From Formosa sp. Hel1_33_131 (GTDB lineage Bacteria; Bacteroidota; Bacteroidia; Flavobacteriales; Flavobacteriaceae): a stretch of DNA of 32,000 bases. Numbering within the stretch: the first letter of the stretch is position 1; the number at the start of each line of letters is the position of its first letter. The notes beneath the pieces were generated by a model that was not told where the DNA came from, did not search any database, and saw only the letters and a program-made list of their open reading frames with translations. Location: positions 2,700,001-2,732,000 of the forward strand of contig NZ_CP017260.1 of NCBI RefSeq assembly GCF_001735745.1. The letters run 5' to 3'. A program made the position numbers and the translations under genes. Positions 7,772-14,692 of the stretch are shown here, in pieces.

Positions 7772-8953
7772 TTACGCTAACAAATCATATTTGTTACTTG
7801 GAGGAAATAATAAATTTAAACTATTGTCTTTTAATTTAAATAAAGGTCCTTTTTCTGCGCCTCCACCAGTTGGAGTTCTTTTGATTAAATGATCTACTGT
7901 AATTATTCCTTGTTCTAAAAGTAAATCAAATTGTGAGATAATTGGTTTTCTTGTGTGTTCAACTAGTTTATATTGAAAATGTTCTTTGCCTCTTATTTTA
8001 ATACTATCAGCAGCGATCCAAAATGTTTCTTTATGTTTCTCTAATAGTCGTTGATGTAATTTTTCCAGAGTCCATACAACAAAATCACCAACTTCTTTTT
8101 TGTCCGAAGTTTCTATTAAATGGTTTATATCTGAATTAATTTTTAATGAGAGACCTTGTGAGTTGACTACAATAGTAGATAAAGTACAATACAATTTAAA
8201 AGCACTTCCTCTGCTATAACCGAACTCATTTAATATCTCTGTTGAATTTTTAAATTTGCTTAATGTCCAATCTGGTACTTGAGCAAATAAATTCTTCCGA
8301 TTCCCTTTTGAAGATCGATAAGATTTCAGTTCAATTCCTTTGTAATCTGGTAATTTAGAAGAATTAATATCTATTCCCAAGGCTGTTTCTAAAGTACGTC
8401 CAACAGATGTATCAGCATTAACCATTGAAGGAATTGGACCTTTCTTAGCAATTGTTGTTAATAAGCCTAGTAATTCATTCGCAATTACATTTTCATTATA
8501 ATTAATTTCTTGTACTAATTCTTTTAAGGGGTTAGAATTAACACCATTTATTAATTGGCTAACTGGCAGTTGAGTTACATTGATAATGTGAATTACACCA
8601 TCAAAACAAATTAATCCTAGAACATCATTTGGTTGTGTGTGTTTAGATATTTCTGAAAACCATATTCTTGGATCTCCTGTTTTTGTCTTAGGCCTGTATA
8701 ACGAAGTTTTGGATTTTAAAACAGAATTTACATCATAAATTAAAGCATCAATAATTATTTTATGATCAGGACCTTGAAGTTGTAAGCTATAATCGTGAAA
8801 GTTATTAGTTCTTAAATAATTCCTTACAGTTCCGGTTGCATCCATTATAGACTTCTTAAGTCCATTTTCAGTAGGTTCAATTAAAGTTAAGGAGATTGAG
8901 TTTTTAGTTAAAACCTTAAGCTTATCTTCTTCTTGGGGAGTTAATAATCTCAT
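7772..8953 (-). CDS. Putative type II restriction endonuclease: MutH/Sau3AI/MvaI-BcnI-like PD..ExK core in the C-terminal half, unassigned N-terminal domain
   Basis: Residues ~184-212 (GRTLETALGIDINSSKLPDYKGIELKSYR) match the MutH-family pattern G..lE..LG....s..PD...ELK(S/T). The start codon overlaps the methyltransferase stop codon (ATGA). Confidence 0.6.
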   Translation of the reverse strand: MRLLTPQEEDKLKVLTKNSISLTLIEPTENGLKKSIMDATGTVRNYLRTNNFHDYSLQLQGPDHKIIIDALIYDVNSVLKSKTSLYRPKTKTGDPRIWFSEISKHTQPNDVLGLICFDGVIHIINVTQLPVSQLINGVNSNPLKELVQEINYNENVIANELLGLLTTIAKKGPIPSMVNADTSVGRTLETALGIDINSSKLPDYKGIELKSYRSSKGNRKNLFAQVPDWTLSKFKNSTEILNEFGYSRGSAFKLYCTLSTIVVNSQGLSLKINSDINHLIETSDKKEVGDFVVWTLEKLHQRLLEKHKETFWIAADSIKIRGKEHFQYKLVEHTRKPIISQFDLLLEQGIITVDHLIKRTPTGGGAEKGPLFKLKDNSLNLLFPPSNKYDLLA

Positions 8954-11163
8954 TTAATGTGTTTCAAAATTTCAATTGCAACTGCTCTAGCCATTAATGG
9001 AGGCACTGCGTTTCCGACTAATGTATATTGGGGCAGTTCGGTTTTTCTATTATTTCCGCCCGTTGAACGTTTTCCTTGAAAAACGAATGAATCATCAAAT
9101 GATTGTAACCTTGCCATTTCCCTAACAGTTAATGCTCTTGGTGAGTTATAGTGAATGTAATCATCTGGAATAGTCATAACCGTAGGACTTTGATTCTCTG
9201 GTTTTAATACATTGTAATTTCTTTTATTAGACGATAAACCACATTCATTTAATTTATTTTGTGCTTTTTTATAATTTCCTTCTTTTAAAATTATATCAAG
9301 TCGTTTAATTACATCCTCTCCTTGGTTACTTGTTTTATGATTATGAAGTAGGTCATAAACTTTTTCTCCATTATTAAGAGCTAATTCACTTTTTACATAA
9401 AAAGGTTTGGTTGCTTTTTCAAATCGACCGTTTAGCCGACCTCTCTTACTCCATTCTGCAAAAGTTTTCCCTTTAGTTTTTATGAGTTTACCATCAATTG
9501 AACGAGCCTTAATTAGACCTTTCATTTTTTTAGCAGTTACATTATACTGTTTAGAAATATCTACTGACTGATATTGGTGAGCTTCTTGATTATTGCCAAT
9601 AAAATCTAAATCATAAAGCGCTTCGAAAACAGAAACCTTCTCTTCTTCCTTAACAGTAGCAGGAATCTCAGATATGAATTTTTGATCTTTTCTACACCCT
9701 ATAAATAAAACACGCTCTCTATTTTGTGGTACTCCATAATTTGATGAATTTGCTACAAATGGCGCTTCTATTTTATAAAGTCTTATATCACTGATAATTG
9801 TATCTAATTCATTGCTTTGTTCTTTGTCACAATAGGCACGAATCATTGTGAGACAATCATCAATATTTAGGACATATATTTTCAATGCTTGTATTATATC
9901 GTCACAAGATTTCTTAAAGTCTTTTACTACATTTAATCCATCAAATGCTTCTTCGACTTTATTGATTATTTCATTTGAATCAATATCCGTGAGGAATTGA
10001 GTGAAAGAATCTACAAAGAAATCGTTATCAATATTACAAAAATCCTTTTCACGAATAATATCTCGTTTAAGTTTTTCCCATTCTTTACTTCTAGCTAAAA
10101 TATTAAAACCGTGTCTGATCGTGCTAATTCTTTCATCCGTTTTACTCGTTTTGTAGTCAACAATATCTGGAGTTAACTTTCTGAACTTAGCATCAATTGT
10201 TCGTATATAAACTTCTTTCACTTCTTCAATTTTAGAATCCGTAAACTGTTCAATTTCAATTCTTTTAATCAAACAATCTAACAAGAAACCGTTATCTGTA
10301 TTAGTCGTTTTTAAAGATTTAATAAAAGAGGCTAAACGAGGGATTTCTTTAATATCAACAATGGAATTAATTTCTTTTAGAATTAGTTCTTTTATTTTCC
10401 CTTTTTCCTTTGTTAAAATTCCTTTTACATTCTCCATAATAAAGTACTTGGGCTGAAGTACTTTGATTACTCCCAAATAATGAGCAAATAAATCATCCTT
10501 TTTATCAAACTTCTTTCTTTTGCCTGCTAAACTAAAACTCTGACAAGGAGGGCCTCCACAAACTACGTCAACTTTTTTGCCTTTGGTTTTCGAAATTAAA
10601 TTATCCAAAAAATCAGGTTCTGTAATATCTTGACATAAAAAATCCGCATCCAATCCTAATTGATGATTGTATCTTACTATATGAGTTAATTCAGAGTTAT
10701 CATTTATATCATTTGCTACAAGAAAATCAAAGAATTTATTGTTATGCTCTGCTTGTAAAAAACCTTCACTAAAACCGCCCGCACCTGCAAATAAATCAAC
10801 AAACGTAAACGGTTTACCGTATAGAGGGATTTGTTCCCTTACAATGTTAACATTGTGATTCTCTTTGTAAGCTTTTACAAAACCATGTAACTTTGTTTTG
10901 ATTTCATTATTAGTATAACTTTTTTTATAGGAATTGTTTAGTAGTTCATCTGCCCTCTCCTTTAAATAATTCAAATAATGGTTAATTTCAGTAGATCTTT
11001 CTGAGTTTTGTTTTACAGTTTGAGTTTCCTTATCAAAATCTTGCCGTTTTATTTTTTCTCCAGTTGATAATTTAATTTGTTCAGAATTACAATTAATCCT
11101 TAAGTGAATTGGAGAGAATCCTTTTTTATTTGATTTATCGAGATAGAAGTTTATTGTAGCCAT
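8950..11163 (-). CDS. DNA (cytosine-5)-methyltransferase with an N-terminal integrase-type Arm DNA-binding-like domain and a large internal insertion
   Basis: C5-MTase motifs: I FVDLFAGAGGFSEGF (aa 121-135), IV GGPPCQSFS (aa 203-211), VI ENVKG (aa 244-248), VIII QNRER (aa 480-484), IX RALTVREMARLQSF, X GNAVPP. The N-terminus, MATINFYLDKSNKKGFSPIHLRINCNSEQIKLSTGEKIKRQDFDKETQTVK...EINHYLNYLKER, follows the Bacteroidota tyrosine-integrase Arm-domain pattern. Confidence 0.9.
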   Translation of the reverse strand: MATINFYLDKSNKKGFSPIHLRINCNSEQIKLSTGEKIKRQDFDKETQTVKQNSERSTEINHYLNYLKERADELLNNSYKKSYTNNEIKTKLHGFVKAYKENHNVNIVREQIPLYGKPFTFVDLFAGAGGFSEGFLQAEHNNKFFDFLVANDINDNSELTHIVRYNHQLGLDADFLCQDITEPDFLDNLISKTKGKKVDVVCGGPPCQSFSLAGKRKKFDKKDDLFAHYLGVIKVLQPKYFIMENVKGILTKEKGKIKELILKEINSIVDIKEIPRLASFIKSLKTTNTDNGFLLDCLIKRIEIEQFTDSKIEEVKEVYIRTIDAKFRKLTPDIVDYKTSKTDERISTIRHGFNILARSKEWEKLKRDIIREKDFCNIDNDFFVDSFTQFLTDIDSNEIINKVEEAFDGLNVVKDFKKSCDDIIQALKIYVLNIDDCLTMIRAYCDKEQSNELDTIISDIRLYKIEAPFVANSSNYGVPQNRERVLFIGCRKDQKFISEIPATVKEEEKVSVFEALYDLDFIGNNQEAHQYQSVDISKQYNVTAKKMKGLIKARSIDGKLIKTKGKTFAEWSKRGRLNGRFEKATKPFYVKSELALNNGEKVYDLLHNHKTSNQGEDVIKRLDIILKEGNYKKAQNKLNECGLSSNKRNYNVLKPENQSPTVMTIPDDYIHYNSPRALTVREMARLQSFDDSFVFQGKRSTGGNNRKTELPQYTLVGNAVPPLMARAVAIEILKHIK

Positions 11164-11174
11164 ACTTTATATTG

Positions 11175-11210
11175 CGGACGTTTTTACGGACACGGACAAA
11201 TTTACGGACA
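11175..11210. repeat. Four direct CGGAC(A) hexamer repeats (TGTCCG on the gene strand) just upstream of the methyltransferase start
   Basis: Copies start at 11175, 11187, 11193 and 11205, giving 12/6/12-nt spacing. The gene strand reads TGTCCG-taaatt-TGTCCG-TGTCCG-taaaaa-CGTCCG-caatataaagt-ATG. Confidence 0.85.
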
Positions 11211-11333
11211 GCAAGTAATATAACCTACTAAAATTTATAATATTTCCATTTACCCTGTTCAATTCACATCATCACTTTTGCTCAACATCCATAATAAAAA
11301 TTCAAAAAACTCCAAGTTAGAACAGAAATCGTT

Positions 11334-11341
11334 TATCTTTG
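11334..11341 (+). promoter_or_regulatory. Bacteroidota -7 promoter box (TATCTTTG)
   Basis: Exact TAnnTTTG match 115 nt upstream of the ATG at 11457. The long implied leader lowers confidence. Confidence 0.3.
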
Positions 11342-11456
11342 TGAGGATACCTGCAAAAAAACTTTCTGGAAAAAAGATCATTAATTTAGTAATTCCTCTG
11401 TGATTTACGAATTAAGCTATGCTTTTGGACAATTATAAAATTAAAAACGAGGAACT

Positions 11457-12401
11457 ATGAAGAAGGACAGAAGACAATTTTTAAAAAACACCACACTTGC
11501 GGTTATCGCGATGGGTGCATCTCCCTTACTAACAAAGGCTGATACTGGTAAATCTAGGGATCTATCAAATGTAAAACCACAAGAAGCCTGCAACCCGTTA
11601 ACACAAGATTACTATGGTACGGGGCCATTTTATACACCCAATGCGCCGATTAGCTCTGATGGTGTGATGATGCCAAGTGATGAAGTGGGAGTCCGTTTAA
11701 AATTATCGGGAATTATTAAAAATTTAGACTGCACAGAAGTCATTCCTGATACCGTATTGGACTTATGGCATGCCAACGACGCCGGTGCTTATGACAATAC
11801 AGGTTTCAGCTTGAGACGAAAAATCATATCTAACAGTGCGGGTTTTTATAATTTAGAAACTATTTTACCTGGAAAATACTTGAACGGCAGTAGCTACAGA
11901 CCCAGTCATATTCATGTGAAGGTGACCACTCCTGGGTTTTCAACTTTTACAACTCAACTGTATTTTGAAGGCGATACGAGTATTGCTGGAGACGCCGCTG
12001 CGTCCATTACTTCTGGTACTTTTGATGCCACAGATCGTATTATTCCTCTTGTGGATAATGCGGGTGTTTTAGAAGGCACATGGGATGTTATTGTCGATGG
12101 AGATGGCATTCTTTCTGCAGATGATTTACACCTCACAAATGGGATGATTTACAACGTGAGCCCCAATCCATTTACAGATCAAGTGACTATTAATTATGGT
12201 GTTTTCAAGTCCTCAAAAGCACGTATAGAAATTTATAATTTGCAAGGGCAACTCGTCGCCAATGTAGAAAATAAACAACTGAATGCAAATAAATATTCAG
12301 CCGTTTGGAGACCAGAACCGTTTATGGCTTCTGGACTTTATTTTTGTGTGTTAAAAATTAATGACCTTCAAGTACACTACTTGAAAATTTTGAAGAAATA
12401 A
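11457..12401 (+). CDS. Intradiol ring-cleavage dioxygenase-like protein with a Tat signal peptide and a T9SS C-terminal sorting domain
   Basis: Twin-arginine motif DRRQFLKNTTLAVIAMGASPLLTKA. Dioxygenase core LDLWHANDAGAYDN...YRPSHIHVKV. C-terminal ~85 aa (SPNPFTDQVTINY...IEIYNLQGQLV...ASGLYFCVLKI) matches the type A Por/T9SS secretion tail. Confidence 0.8.
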   Translation: MKKDRRQFLKNTTLAVIAMGASPLLTKADTGKSRDLSNVKPQEACNPLTQDYYGTGPFYTPNAPISSDGVMMPSDEVGVRLKLSGIIKNLDCTEVIPDTVLDLWHANDAGAYDNTGFSLRRKIISNSAGFYNLETILPGKYLNGSSYRPSHIHVKVTTPGFSTFTTQLYFEGDTSIAGDAAASITSGTFDATDRIIPLVDNAGVLEGTWDVIVDGDGILSADDLHLTNGMIYNVSPNPFTDQVTINYGVFKSSKARIEIYNLQGQLVANVENKQLNANKYSAVWRPEPFMASGLYFCVLKINDLQVHYLKILKK

Positions 12402-12402
12402 T

Positions 12403-12440
12403 AGATTTCGATGCGCCTGCTTATTCGAAATCTTCTTCTA
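12403..12440 (+). terminator. Possible intrinsic terminator
   Basis: AGATTTCGA (12403-12411) pairs with TCGAAATCT (12425-12433). The 9-bp stem has a 13-nt loop and is followed by a pyrimidine-rich TCTTCTA rather than a clean T-tract. Confidence 0.35.
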
Positions 12441-12495
12441 TAATATTTGAGACATATATCGATCGTTTTTACAGGAAATCGCATACCTTCGCCCG

Positions 12496-13371
12496 ATGCA
12501 TTTAGAAAACCCTTACAGCGATCGTTATGATCTGAAACGATTGGCAATTCACCATCCACAGTTACAAGAACACATTGTTTTAAACCCCTCAGGCGAAGAA
12601 ACGATTGACTTTAGTAATTCAGCCGCGGTCTATGAATTGAATAAAGCCATGCTTTTGGCCGACTTTAAAGTTGAGAAATATGAATTGCCAATGGGCTATC
12701 TCATTCCTCCTGTCCCAGGACGTTTAGAATATTTATTACATATACGTGAGTTTCTTTCAGAACAATTTAATATCGATAAAAACACCAAACTACGAGGGTT
12801 AGACATCGGATCTGGTGCGAATGGCATCTATTGTATTTTGGGATTACAACATTTTAATTGGACCATGGTAGGTGCTGAATGTGATGCCAATTCTGTAGAA
12901 ATTGCAAAGGCTAACATGCAACATACAAAGTCATTAAAAAATAAGATTGAAATTCGACATCAAGAAAATAAAAGTTTCCTTTTTAAGAATATAATTAAAA
13001 CGGATGAGCAATTTGATTTCACCGTTTGCAATCCCCCATTTCACACCTCTAAAGAAGAGGCGTTTAGAGGGTCTCAGAGAAAAATTAACAATTTAGGTCG
13101 TGAATTTGATAAAAAAGAAGTCGCTCTTAATTTTGAAGGTCAAGCCAACGAACTTTGGTGCAATGGTGGCGAAGCCCTTTTTATCAAACGATTGATAAAA
13201 GAAAGTACCGCGTTTAAAAATCAAGTGAAAGTCTTTTCTACACTGGTTTCAAAAACAGATAGCCTCTCTAGTATTGATAAACAGCTTAAAAAAGCTAAAG
13301 CGAATTCTTATGTGTTGCCAATGGATTTGGGCAATAAGAAAAGTCGTATTGTTCTCTGGTGGTTTGATTAG
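12496..13371 (+). CDS. rlmF: 23S rRNA (adenine1618-N6)-methyltransferase RlmF
   Basis: N-terminal NPYSDRYDLKRL...NPSGEETIDFSNSAAVYELNKAML...GYLIPPVPGRLEYLLHI, SAM motif LDIGSGANGIY and catalytic CNPPFH, colinear with E. coli RlmF/YbiN. Confidence 0.85.
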   Translation: MHLENPYSDRYDLKRLAIHHPQLQEHIVLNPSGEETIDFSNSAAVYELNKAMLLADFKVEKYELPMGYLIPPVPGRLEYLLHIREFLSEQFNIDKNTKLRGLDIGSGANGIYCILGLQHFNWTMVGAECDANSVEIAKANMQHTKSLKNKIEIRHQENKSFLFKNIIKTDEQFDFTVCNPPFHTSKEEAFRGSQRKINNLGREFDKKEVALNFEGQANELWCNGGEALFIKRLIKESTAFKNQVKVFSTLVSKTDSLSSIDKQLKKAKANSYVLPMDLGNKKSRIVLWWFD

Positions 13372-14687
13372 GTTTCTAAGACCGTTACCCGTACTTTTTT
13401 CTTTTTGAGGCGTGTATTATTTAATTTCTCTACCAAGTCCTCTGCGATCGACTTAGGCACTGCCACAAACGCACAATCTTGTTTTAACTCAATATTTCCG
13501 AGTTGATCCTTTGTAATATTCCCTTGTTTAAAAAAGAGTCCTGCAATATCCCCTTTTGAAATTTTGTCTTTTCGACCTCCAGAAATAAACAAAGTTTCCC
13601 AAAACTGTGGTTTACGAACCGACTGTTTAGAGATGTTAACGACTTTAGAATTATGAATGTACGCTGGTAAATCTTCAGAGTCTCCTTTCATTATATAAGC
13701 CGTTCCTTTAGAATCGACTCTAGCAGCACGCCCATTTCTGTGAATAAATTCTTCTTTGGCGCGAGGTACTTCGTAATGGATAATAAATTTCAACTCAGGA
13801 ATATCAATACCTCGAGAGGCTAGATCTGTCGCAATGAGAATCTGATTGGTGCCATTTCTAAACTTTATCAAAGAACGTTCTCTTTCTTTTTGTTCCATAC
13901 CTCCTACAAAACAACTGTGGTTGATCTTATTTTTATCTAAAAAACGACTCACGGAATCAACACTGTCTCTTAAATTACAGAATACAATCCCTGTTTGGTT
14001 GCCAAGGTGTCCTACTAAATCCAAAAGCGTTTGAGGTTTATTTTTAGACGGATAGACTACGGTTTTAATCTCCAGTTTAGAAACTACTTTTTCTTTCAAA
14101 TAATTGACAGTGGTGGGTTGATCCAAACGTACAAACCCAGGGATGTTGATACTTTGAGTGGCAGAGGTTAAAATCCGTTTGTTGATATGTGGCAACTGAT
14201 GGATAATTTCTTTCATTTCAGCTTCAAACCCATCTTCAAGCGACTTGTCAAACTCATCTAATATGAGCGTTTTTATGCTCGTTTTAGAAAAACGGTCGTT
14301 GCTAAAATGATCTGCAATTCTACCGGGCGTACCTATTAAAATAGCGGGTACGTGTTTGATTTCAATTTTATCTTTAGACATTGGACGTCCGCCATACACA
14401 GCATTCACTTTAAATCCAGAACCCATACTGCGGACTACTTGTTCAATCTGTATGGCCAGTTCTCTTGAAGGCACAATAATCAAGGCTTGCACCTCTTTAC
14501 TTTCGGGATCAAGTAATTTGATAAGTGGCAATAAAAAAGCCAATGTTTTACCTGTTCCTGTAGGTGATAATAAGATGGTATTGGTTGTTCTATCAATCAC
14601 CGAAATCGCTTCCTCTTGCATTGGATTCAATACATGAATATTTAATTTCGTTAAAATATCTTGTTGTTCTTTAATTGTATTTGCCAT
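13368..14687 (-). CDS. dbpA: DEAD-box RNA helicase with a C-terminal DbpA-type RNA-binding domain; motif II is DEFD
   Basis: Q motif PMQ, motif I SPTGTGKT, PSRELA, TPGR, motif II DEFD, SAT, HRNGRAAR. The C-terminus (ISGGRKDKISKGDIAGLF...VAVP...) matches the DbpA/YxiN RRM-like domain. Confidence 0.8.
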   Translation of the reverse strand: MANTIKEQQDILTKLNIHVLNPMQEEAISVIDRTTNTILLSPTGTGKTLAFLLPLIKLLDPESKEVQALIIVPSRELAIQIEQVVRSMGSGFKVNAVYGGRPMSKDKIEIKHVPAILIGTPGRIADHFSNDRFSKTSIKTLILDEFDKSLEDGFEAEMKEIIHQLPHINKRILTSATQSINIPGFVRLDQPTTVNYLKEKVVSKLEIKTVVYPSKNKPQTLLDLVGHLGNQTGIVFCNLRDSVDSVSRFLDKNKINHSCFVGGMEQKERERSLIKFRNGTNQILIATDLASRGIDIPELKFIIHYEVPRAKEEFIHRNGRAARVDSKGTAYIMKGDSEDLPAYIHNSKVVNISKQSVRKPQFWETLFISGGRKDKISKGDIAGLFFKQGNITKDQLGNIELKQDCAFVAVPKSIAEDLVEKLNNTRLKKKKVRVTVLET

Positions 14688-14692
14688 AATAA

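Noticed and set aside
11954-12559. Minus-strand ORFs 11954-12136 and 12377-12559
   Set aside because: The first is antisense to the dioxygenase-like CDS. The second spans an intergenic region containing the putative terminator and overlaps the rlmF start. Neither has motifs or promoter context.
13846-14637. Plus-strand ORFs 13846-14034 and 14356-14637
   Set aside because: Antisense to the DbpA-like helicase gene; shadow ORFs.
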